Below the pieces are notes generated by a model, which had not been told where the DNA came from, searched no databases, and saw only the letters and a program-made list of their open reading frames with translations. The position numbers were made by a program, and so were the translations under genes. From contig JAILOA010000227.1 of the NCBI GenBank assembly GCA_024691065.1, positions 1 to 37,071 of the forward strand: DNA of 37,071 nt, written 5' to 3'. Position 1 is the first letter of the stretch. Every line of letters begins with the position of its first letter. Positions 24,652 to 32,144 of the stretch are shown piece by piece. The DNA comes from Lachnospiraceae bacterium (GTDB lineage: Bacteria; Bacillota; Clostridia; Lachnospirales; Lachnospiraceae).

Positions 24652-25086
24652 ATGATGGAATATTTATTTTATGGTGCCGATACAAGGGATGTGCCGGCAG
24701 TAAACGGGGAGTTTCAAAAGATTAAGAATCAAAGGGATTTGTATGACAAATTAAAGGGTATTTGGTGCGAATACACCTGTGCACCGAGGCTCAGGAAGGA
24801 TTGGAGCGAGGAAAATGTAACGCTCGGTCAATGCTCGATTACGGCCTTTCTCGCCCAGGATATATTTGGCGGTAAGGTTTACGGGATACTGAGACCAGGT
24901 GGTAATTTCCATTGCTACAATGTTATAGATGATGTGGTATTTGACCTTACAAGTGAACAGTTCGGGGACGAAAAGCTTGATTATAGAGGCAATCCCGAGC
25001 AACTGAGGGAGGTACATTTTGCTAAGGTTGAGAAAAAAGAAAGATATGAATATTTAAAGAGGGAATTAAAAAAGATCTTAAATTAA
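24652..25086 (+). CDS. YunG-like uncharacterised protein
   Basis: The pattern W..YTCAPRLRKDWSEENVTLGQCSITAFLAQDIFGG ... FHCYNVIDDVVFDLTSEQF matches my memory of the B. subtilis YunG family. The start was moved from 24589 to ATG 24652/24655, just after a GAGGA. Confidence 0.6.
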   Translation: MMEYLFYGADTRDVPAVNGEFQKIKNQRDLYDKLKGIWCEYTCAPRLRKDWSEENVTLGQCSITAFLAQDIFGGKVYGILRPGGNFHCYNVIDDVVFDLTSEQFGDEKLDYRGNPEQLREVHFAKVEKKERYEYLKRELKKILN

Positions 25087-25131
25087 CAGGGAAAACTTAT
25101 TTAATATATTTCAGGCGTACGGAGGGACATT

Positions 25132-27132
25132 GTGAAGTTAATAGGACACTCTTTTATCAGGAAAAAGTTTTTAAAAATGCTTGTAGGCGGAACGATTTCA
25201 ATGCTTGTGGTTTCGTTGGTGCTTATGAGCGATTCAATCATAGCAGGAACAATTCTCGGAGAAGTGGCCGTAGGCGCGATAGAGATAGTGCTTCCTGTAT
25301 ATTCTTTCGCTGCATTTGTGGGACTTTTATTTTCAATAGGAATTCCGATTATTTACTCTAAGGAAATGGGTAAATCCAACAAAAAAGAGGCTGACAGGGC
25401 ATTTGGATTCGGCCTTCTTATGACAGTCGGAGTAGGAATAGTGATTTTCGCGGTTCTTATGTTCTTTGGGGATTATTATGTGGATTACTATAATCTCTCG
25501 GACGATTTGAGAGACGCAACAATACAGTATTTCTTTTGGATGAAATTTTCTGTTTTGTTTTTGCCTATATCTACATATGTGGGACAGATGGTTTTTACCG
25601 ACGGAGATGAATTTACCAGTACATTGGGGAATGTTGTAAGCGCTGTTGGAAATATTGTTCTTTCAATTGTACTTTGTAAGATAATCGGTATAACAGGAAT
25701 CGGTCTTGCTTCATTTATAGCAACTCTTGCTTCTTTGTTTATTGCTGTTACACATTTCTTCAAGAAGACAAATTCTCTGGAGTTAAATCTTTATTTTTCA
25801 AAAGAGATGTTATTCAGGGTAATAAGCTACAGTTCAATAGATTCTGCAACCTATTTGTTTTTGGCGCTTTTATCGACAACTATCAATAAATTTGTTCTTG
25901 TCTTTTTTGGACATGAATACCTGATTTTAGTTACGGTATTGGTATTTTCAAAGGAATTGCAGCTGTTCTTCGATGGTATAGGAGAAGCCATGACGCCTTT
26001 AATCAGCATTTATCTTGGCGAAAAATCATATGAGGGCGTCGCAAACATTTACAAAATTGGTTTTAAGGTCTCGATATATGAAGGAATATTTTTGAATGTT
26101 ATTCTTATACCTCTTGCCTGGGTAGTGCCTAAAATATTAGGAATAACAGGGGCGAAAATGATTAATTTGGCCATAATCGGCTTTGTTATTCTTACATTTT
26201 CGCTTACATTTTTGAGCCTGCTTTTCTATCTTACATCCTACTATTTATTAATAAAAAAGATAGTTTTCGGATTTGTGGTCAGTGGAATGAGAGATTTCCT
26301 TGTGGTTGCTCCGATGACTATAATATTTAGTTTGTTATTCGGTATATATGGAATGTTTATTGGATTTGCACTTTCGCCGGCAGTAACATATTTCCTGACG
26401 GTATTTATTGCCAAGAAGAAATATGGTGCCGATGATTATCCTTTATTCCTTAAAGACAAAAGGAAAGGTAGCACAAACTATGTATTTGAGTATCTTTTGC
26501 AGCCAAAAAGTATTTCCAATAGGTCTAATGAAATTCGTAAGGTTTTAGAACTTGAGGGGTACAGTCTCAGTGTGATCAATAAGGTTATATTGATATTTGA
26601 AGAAGTAAATATGATGATTATTGAAAGAAATAAGGAGATAAGAAAAGAAAAAAGACATTTGAAGCATATACGTGATTTAGAAGCTATCGAATCGAATGAA
26701 TCCAGGAACCAAAAGGGTTCCGGGAATTCCGGTAATGACAAAGATTCCGGCGAAGGTAAGAATGTAAGTAAATCAGAGAAGCGTTTTGATTCCACTGATA
26801 AAGTGGATGATATATATAGCGCAGATAAATTCTATGCGGGAGTAATTAACCATATCACGATAAGAAAGATGAGGGCGCTAAAGCTTAAGAATGCATATTT
26901 ACGTAAGTATAAGCGCCTTTTGGGTGAATGTTCCATAGTTATAGAGGGGGACAATCTTAAGCTTATTCTTCGTGATGACGGTGAGATTATGGATATAACA
27001 CAAACCGATCAAATAGGTTCATTCAGAGATTATTTTGTTACCAACCTTTTGGAAATGGATGGAATTAACAAGATTTATATGATGACCATGAGTTACAATC
27101 GTAACATTTTTAATATAAGTTTGTCAGAGTAG
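25132..27132 (+). CDS. MATE/MOP-superfamily transporter (about 12 TM) fused to a ~220-aa cytoplasmic C-terminal domain resembling a degenerate RsbW/GHKL fold
   Basis: GTG start after a GGAGGG RBS. Hydrophobic helices run throughout aa 1-440. The C-terminal region (nt ~26464-27132) has EEVNMMIIERN, ILRDDGEIMDITQTD and a terminal beta-like motif that parallel the N-box, G1 and C-terminus of the 12412 kinase. Confidence 0.7.
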   Translation: MKLIGHSFIRKKFLKMLVGGTISMLVVSLVLMSDSIIAGTILGEVAVGAIEIVLPVYSFAAFVGLLFSIGIPIIYSKEMGKSNKKEADRAFGFGLLMTVGVGIVIFAVLMFFGDYYVDYYNLSDDLRDATIQYFFWMKFSVLFLPISTYVGQMVFTDGDEFTSTLGNVVSAVGNIVLSIVLCKIIGITGIGLASFIATLASLFIAVTHFFKKTNSLELNLYFSKEMLFRVISYSSIDSATYLFLALLSTTINKFVLVFFGHEYLILVTVLVFSKELQLFFDGIGEAMTPLISIYLGEKSYEGVANIYKIGFKVSIYEGIFLNVILIPLAWVVPKILGITGAKMINLAIIGFVILTFSLTFLSLLFYLTSYYLLIKKIVFGFVVSGMRDFLVVAPMTIIFSLLFGIYGMFIGFALSPAVTYFLTVFIAKKKYGADDYPLFLKDKRKGSTNYVFEYLLQPKSISNRSNEIRKVLELEGYSLSVINKVILIFEEVNMMIIERNKEIRKEKRHLKHIRDLEAIESNESRNQKGSGNSGNDKDSGEGKNVSKSEKRFDSTDKVDDIYSADKFYAGVINHITIRKMRALKLKNAYLRKYKRLLGECSIVIEGDNLKLILRDDGEIMDITQTDQIGSFRDYFVTNLLEMDGINKIYMMTMSYNRNIFNISLSE

Positions 27133-27202
27133 GTGACAACGGGGATAGGACAGGATGTGAAACAGGTCCAAAATAATTGTAATGGAAAGAGAGGTGATTA
27201 AA

Positions 27203-27586
27203 ATGCCAATTAATTTTAATCAGGAATCGGTGTTTAATTTAAAACCAATTGAAACCGAGGATGTCAGGGAAGAAGTTTTCGGTCTTCTGTTGGATGATGA
27301 AAAAATAATCTATGCATTTAAAACAATTCGTGACCAAATTATTTTTACAAACAAGAGAATTATTTCCGTGGATGTAATAGGATTAACAGGTTTAAAGAAA
27401 AATTTTGCTACTCTTCCGTATTCGAAGGTCCAATTTTTTGAAATAAAAACTCCCGGTTTTATGGAAATAATACCGGATGCCGAGCTTTCGCTTACATTTA
27501 CCAACGGCTTTACGGCCAAGTTTGAATTTAAGGGGAATGTTGATATAGGAATGATAGGAAGACTGCTTTCGGAGTATGTTTTGTAG
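27203..27586 (+). CDS. Bacterial PH (bPH) domain protein
   Basis: I moved the start to ATG 27203, 8 nt after GAGAGG. The motif is IIYAFKTIRDQIIFTNKRIISVDV...LPYSKVQFFEIKT. Confidence 0.7.
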   Translation: MPINFNQESVFNLKPIETEDVREEVFGLLLDDEKIIYAFKTIRDQIIFTNKRIISVDVIGLTGLKKNFATLPYSKVQFFEIKTPGFMEIIPDAELSLTFTNGFTAKFEFKGNVDIGMIGRLLSEYVL

Positions 27587-27759
27587 GATTTTCCGGATAT
27601 TGTTTTCAAAATGTATATTGCTGGTTTTGTAGAATAATGCTTTTGGAGCGGCATATAGTGCCTGTCGGTTAATGTTTTCGGAGTATGTTTTACAGGGCAT
27701 ATAGAAAAATGCTTCAAAGCCTATTTCGTGAAATCAATATACATTTACAAAATTGTATA

Positions 27760-27788
27760 TTGAAAAAAATCAGAAAATAAGCTATATT
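27760..27788 (+). promoter_or_regulatory. SigA-type promoter candidate for ridA
   Basis: TTGAAA (27760-27765), a 17-nt spacer, then TATATT (27783-27788). Confidence 0.45.
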
Positions 27789-27905
27789 AAATGCACCTAA
27801 AGATAAGTAAAAGAGGCATTAAAGTAATTAAAGTTATTAAAGCCAATAAATGAGCCGCATACGGTTCATTTAAATATATTTAAATCAGTAAGGAGAATTA
27901 ATAAT

Positions 27906-28283
27906 ATGAAGAATGTAATCAGTACAGATAAGGCTCCGGCAGCAATCGGTCCTTATTCACAGGCAATTGAAGTAAACGGAATGGTATTTACATCAGGTGT
28001 AATTCCTGTAGATCCTGCAACAAATGAGCTTGTTCAGGGCGATGCAAAGACACAGGCAAATCAGGCTATTCTCAACTTAAAGAACCTTTTAGAGGCAGCC
28101 GGAACATCTATGAAAAATGTAGTGAAGACCGTTGTATTTATTTCTGATATGAACGAATTCGGAAATATCAATGAAGTATATGCAGAGTACTTTGAGGAGC
28201 CGTTCCCGGCACGTTCATGTGTACAGGTTGCACGTCTTCCTAAGGATGTTGCAATCGAGATCGAAGCAATTGCAACCAAATAA
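27906..28283 (+). CDS. ridA: RidA/YjgF/TdcF-family reactive enamine/imine deaminase
   Basis: APAAIGPYSQA, GMVFTSG, FISDMNEF ... NEVY and PARSCVQVARLPKDV.IEIEAIA. 125 aa. AAGGAG RBS. Confidence 0.9.
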   Translation: MKNVISTDKAPAAIGPYSQAIEVNGMVFTSGVIPVDPATNELVQGDAKTQANQAILNLKNLLEAAGTSMKNVVKTVVFISDMNEFGNINEVYAEYFEEPFPARSCVQVARLPKDVAIEIEAIATK

Positions 28284-28327
28284 TACATTTTTGGGATAAT
28301 TAAACATTTTGGGATAATGAATTGTCA

Positions 28328-28364
28328 GTGCATAGGCTTACTTTATTTAAGCAGGTCTATGCAC
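28328..28364 (+). terminator. Probable terminator after ridA
   Basis: GTGCATAGGCTTA ... TAAGCAGGTCTATGCAC forms 8+5 bp with a 4-nt bulge, followed by an A/T-rich tract. Confidence 0.45.
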
Positions 28365-28391
28365 ATAAATTTTATATGAATTGAGGAGAAA

Positions 28392-29426
28392 ATGATGAAT
28401 AAAAAGCAGATAACAGGTATGATTATAGCTGCTGTAATTATTATCGTTACAGGAATAACCGGTATTGCTTCAAATGTTATATCTGAAAAATTCAAGGAAT
28501 CAGCGGCTAAGAAAGAGGAACAAACTACCGATATGTTTAGTTCGCTTTTGGACAGCGGAGAGGTTGATATCGACGCTCCGGATGGACCTTATATAGGCAG
28601 ACTTGATATAATAGGAACAATTCAGGGTTCTACTTCGGATACGCTTGCAACGGGAGACACAAGCACATACAACCATAATGTTCTTATGAAATTTGTGGAT
28701 GAAATGGAGAAAGATTCTAATAATAAGGGGATTCTTCTTTATGTAGACAGTCCGGGTGGAACAGTTTATCACAGTGATGAACTTTACCTTAAATTGATGG
28801 AATATAAGGAAAAAACAAAGCGTCCTATCTATGCTTATTTTGTGACGGAAGCCTGTTCCGGAGGATATTATATTTCCATGGCAGCAGATAAAATATATGC
28901 AAACAGGAACTGTATGACCGGTTCTATCGGTGTTATTATGTCAATGTATAATTACAGCGAGTTATTTAAGAAGGTCGGTGTCGAGGAAATCGATATTACA
29001 AGCGGTGCAAATAAAGCGATGGGATCCGGCGGTCTGGAGATGACAGAAGAGCAGAAGGAAATATTGCAAAGCATGGTAGATGAAGCTTATGATCAATTTA
29101 CAGGAATAGTAAGCGAAGGACGTAATATGGATATCAATACAGTCAAAAAGCTTGCGGATGGTAGGATTTATACCGCATTGCAGGCAAAGGAAAATAATCT
29201 CATTGATGAAATTGGATCATTAGACGATTTAAAGGCTGCTTTAGAAGAGGCTGACGGAGTAGGAAAGGGAGTTGAATATTATAAACCGGAGGGCGATACA
29301 TTTTCCGATATATTCTCATCTATTCTTGGAGAAATTCAAAATATAACCAAAAAGTCTGACGTACAAATAGTTCAAGAGTTAATAAATAATCCTACGGATG
29401 GAGTATTAATGTATTATGCAAAATAA
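28392..29426 (+). CDS. sppA: Signal peptide peptidase SppA (36K type, peptidase S49)
   Basis: N-terminal TM segment. Motifs are LYVDSPGGTVY, GGYYISMAADKIYA and MTGSIGVIM (the Ser nucleophile context). Confidence 0.85.
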   Translation: MMNKKQITGMIIAAVIIIVTGITGIASNVISEKFKESAAKKEEQTTDMFSSLLDSGEVDIDAPDGPYIGRLDIIGTIQGSTSDTLATGDTSTYNHNVLMKFVDEMEKDSNNKGILLYVDSPGGTVYHSDELYLKLMEYKEKTKRPIYAYFVTEACSGGYYISMAADKIYANRNCMTGSIGVIMSMYNYSELFKKVGVEEIDITSGANKAMGSGGLEMTEEQKEILQSMVDEAYDQFTGIVSEGRNMDINTVKKLADGRIYTALQAKENNLIDEIGSLDDLKAALEEADGVGKGVEYYKPEGDTFSDIFSSILGEIQNITKKSDVQIVQELINNPTDGVLMYYAK

Positions 29427-30894
29427 TTTTGAGAAGGTATATGCAGGTTTTTTTGTCAGACTGGCTGCATATACAATAGATAGTTTAATAATGTTTGTTA
29501 TACTTTTTACATTTCGATTTGCCAGATTTGTAGCAAAATTTTCAAATCCGGACAGCTTATATGTAAAAGATTTAGTATTTAAATATTCTTTAAGTGATTT
29601 GATAATTATTGGCATTACGCTGATTTACTTTGTGCTTATGACCTATTTTTGCGGAGGTACAATAGGGAAAATGCTTCTGAAAATCAAGGTTGTAAGTAAG
29701 GAGGACAGAAGGCCTACATTTGTTGAGATTCTTTACAGGGAAAGCGTTGGGAAATTTTTGTCTTCTGTGATTTTTTATATCGGTTATCTTATGATGGGTG
29801 CAAGCGATGAAAAGAAGGCGCTTCACGATATTATGAGCGATACCAGAGTTATATATGTGCATATGGATCATGCTTACAGAAGAAAGATTAACGGTATGCC
29901 GGATGGCCCGGAACTCTTTTATTCCAAGGTAAGATATAATACCGGATTTGCGGGCGGAGAACCAATCCAAACACCGGTTAATGCAGATAATCAAAATGTA
30001 GCGATGCCAAACGGCCCGATGCCTGGAGCACCGATGCAGAATGACCCGATGCCAAACGGCCCGATGCCAAATGGTCCGATGCCTGGAGCACCGATGCAGA
30101 ATGGCCCGATGCCAAACGGCCCGATGCCTGGAGCACCGATGCCAAACGGCCCGATGCCTGGAGCACCAATGCAGAATGGTCCGATGCCTGGAGCACCGAT
30201 GCAGAATGGTCCGATGCAGAATGGTCCGATGCCAAATGGTCCGATGTCTGGAGCACCGATGCAGAATGGCCCGATGCCAAACGGCCCGATGCCAAATGGC
30301 TCGATGCCAAACGGCCCGATGCCTGGAGCACCGATGCAGAATGGCCCGATGTCAAACGGCCCGATGCCTGGAGCACCGATGCAGAATGGTCCGATGCCAA
30401 ATGACCCGATGTCTGGAGCACCGATGCAGAATGGCCCGATGCCTGGAGCACCGATGCAGAATGGCCCGATGCAGAATGGCCCGATGCAGAATACTTCTAA
30501 CGGATTCGACAGGTCCGAGCCTGAGTTCCGGGATATAGGTTCAGCTACGCAGGGACGCTTTGATAATACAGAATTCCAGAGCATAGAAAATGCAAAAATA
30601 GATGACAATATATATACTGATTACAGCAGTGAATTTAAGCCTGTAAATAAAATCGATGAAAATGTTTCAAATGAAACAATGCCGATTAATACTAATGCTG
30701 CCATGCCTTATAATCCAAACGGAATGGTAGGAAAAAGTAATTTTGATGAGAGTTTCTTCACCACCGAGAAGGAATTTACAGACAACGGTAATGTCAATAA
30801 AGTCATTTCCGAAACCGTTCCGGAAGGTGATAACGGCTCATTTGACGCAGCAAATAATATTCAGACAAATTCAATGGATAATGATGATTTATAA
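29416..30894 (+). CDS. RDD-family membrane protein with a long C-terminal GPMP/GAPMQN repeat tail
   Basis: It overlaps the sppA end by 11 nt. The RDD domain runs FFVRLAAYTIDSLIM ... GKMLLKIKVV ... ALHDIMSDTRVI. About 160 aa of P/M/G/N/Q repeats follow. Confidence 0.8.
   Translation: MQNNFEKVYAGFFVRLAAYTIDSLIMFVILFTFRFARFVAKFSNPDSLYVKDLVFKYSLSDLIIIGITLIYFVLMTYFCGGTIGKMLLKIKVVSKEDRRPTFVEILYRESVGKFLSSVIFYIGYLMMGASDEKKALHDIMSDTRVIYVHMDHAYRRKINGMPDGPELFYSKVRYNTGFAGGEPIQTPVNADNQNVAMPNGPMPGAPMQNDPMPNGPMPNGPMPGAPMQNGPMPNGPMPGAPMPNGPMPGAPMQNGPMPGAPMQNGPMQNGPMPNGPMSGAPMQNGPMPNGPMPNGSMPNGPMPGAPMQNGPMSNGPMPGAPMQNGPMPNDPMSGAPMQNGPMPGAPMQNGPMQNGPMQNTSNGFDRSEPEFRDIGSATQGRFDNTEFQSIENAKIDDNIYTDYSSEFKPVNKIDENVSNETMPINTNAAMPYNPNGMVGKSNFDESFFTTEKEFTDNGNVNKVISETVPEGDNGSFDAANNIQTNSMDNDDL
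30001..30492 (+). repeat. In-frame short tandem DNA repeats (15/18-nt units) encoding GPMPN / GAPMQN
   Basis: CCGATGCCAAACGGC and CCGATGCCTGGAGCACCGATGCAGAATGG are iterated dozens of times. All three alternative-frame ORFs here are repeat artefacts. Confidence 0.9.
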
Positions 30895-31043
30895 AACAGT
30901 ATAATTCAAGGTTTGCTCCCGGGATTTGGCCCGGAGTATTGATTTCGGTGTGTATGTACATTTGGATTGCAGAAGGGCAAATATCCGGTGATTCGATTAC
31001 CGGGGAGTTCACATAAAGCGAATACATTTAACGGAGTGATAGT

Positions 31044-31814
31044 ATGGATGGTCTTATAAAAGCAAATGGTGTTGTATTAATCGCATCACCATATAAAGAG
31101 TACGATACAAGATTAGAAATACTAACTGAAAAAATAGGGCGGATTTCCGCCTTTGCAAGGGGAAGTAGGCGGCCGAACAGTTCAATTTCGGCCGCTTGTC
31201 TCCCTTTTACTTTTGCGACCTTTGATTTATATGGAGGAAAAAGTGCATACAATGTACACGGCGCACAAATAACGAGACATTTTGAAGAACTAGCTTACGA
31301 TATGGATGCAATGATCTACGCATCTTATTTTTCGGAGCTTTTAAGATATTATACCAGAGAAAATATACCGGCAGAACGTGAAATAAAACTCTTATTCCTA
31401 TCCTACAGTGCATTGGCAAAGAAGGTTCTGCCACCGGCCCTAATAAGAATCATATTTGAAATGCGTCTTATGTTAATTGAAGGAGAGGCAATTGAGCTTT
31501 CTCATTGTGTAGGATGCGGTAAAAGCAGCCCGGAGACCAAATTGAACACGGTAATATTCAGGCAGGGCGGCCTCTTATGCGAAGAATGCATGGCAAAGAT
31601 AAATCCTGAAGAGCTTGCGAGAAATATTAAATTCACATTGAGTACGGATGCTCTCTACACGCTGCAGTATATATTGAGTGCCCAGCCGCAGAAATTATTT
31701 GCCTTTAATGTAAAGGAACCGGTAATACATGAATTGAAACTATTTATGGAGAAGTATTTTAAGGTATTTGTGAATCATGAATTCAAATCCCTGAAAATGC
31801 TCGAAACATTCTAA
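31044..31814 (+). CDS. recO: DNA repair protein RecO
   Basis: N-terminal OB region (GVVLIASPYKEYDTRLEILTEKIGRISAFARGSRRPNS). Zn-finger CVGCG...CEEC. 256 aa. GGAG RBS. Confidence 0.9.
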   Translation: MDGLIKANGVVLIASPYKEYDTRLEILTEKIGRISAFARGSRRPNSSISAACLPFTFATFDLYGGKSAYNVHGAQITRHFEELAYDMDAMIYASYFSELLRYYTRENIPAEREIKLLFLSYSALAKKVLPPALIRIIFEMRLMLIEGEAIELSHCVGCGKSSPETKLNTVIFRQGGLLCEECMAKINPEELARNIKFTLSTDALYTLQYILSAQPQKLFAFNVKEPVIHELKLFMEKYFKVFVNHEFKSLKMLETF

Positions 31815-31836
31815 AAGCCCTGAGGGGCTTTTTTTA
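31815..31836 (+). terminator. Rho-independent terminator after recO
   Basis: AAGCCC-TGAG-GGGCTT followed by TTTTT. Confidence 0.75.
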
Positions 31837-31840
31837 CATC

Positions 31841-31877
31841 ACAAGAAATCTAAAGGCTAAGGCCTTTGATTTCTTGT
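31841..31877 (+). terminator. Second long hairpin (16 bp with one bulge) downstream of recO
   Basis: ACAAGAAATC-T-AAAGGC-TAAG-GCCTTT-GATTTCTTGT, then TTCTG. Confidence 0.5.
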
Positions 31878-31953
31878 TTCTGTAAAAAAGCCGGGAATAG
31901 CAATGGAAATATTCACAAAATCTTCATTTTTTTTATAAAACCCCAATAAAAGC

Positions 31954-31982
31954 TTGCATTATTGAATTAATTTTGTTACAAT
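31954..31982 (+). promoter_or_regulatory. Strong SigA-type extended -10 promoter for the CHAP-GH5 gene
   Basis: TTGCAT (31954-31959), a 17-nt spacer, then TG-T-TACAAT (31974-31982). The leader to TTG 32145 is about 160 nt. Confidence 0.6.
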
Positions 31983-32144
31983 AGGGTTACGTTTAGGCTC
32001 ATTGCAAGACACTTAAGCGTTATGTAACAGGTGATTGTATTATTTTTATTGAATTTTTTTAAACATAATTATGGGGATAATTATGGGGGATTAGGTAACT
32101 TTAAGGCTTTGCACAATGACACTTTAAACAGGGGGAATTAAACA

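Noticed and set aside
27567-27691. 16-nt exact direct repeat TTTCGGAGTATGTTTT (27567-27582 and 27676-27691), duplicating the end of the bPH gene
   Set aside because: The match is short, and its chance expectation in 37 kb of AT-rich sequence is not negligible. No extended similarity surrounds it. The two minus-strand ORFs here (27310-27717, 27392-27700) lack an RBS and overlap the bPH gene antisense.
29978-30608. Three ORFs (157, 205, 165 aa) overlapping the RDD repeat region
   Set aside because: They are frame and antisense artefacts of the 15/18-nt tandem repeats and give periodic nonsense peptides. The RDD frame is continuous with a recognisable N-terminal domain.
32065-32088. Exact tandem 12-mer ATAATTATGGGG x2 in the CHAP-GH5 leader, with a possible 7-codon micro-ORF (MGIIMGD)
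   Set aside because: It is too short to interpret, and there is no convincing RBS. I noted it only as a possible leader element.
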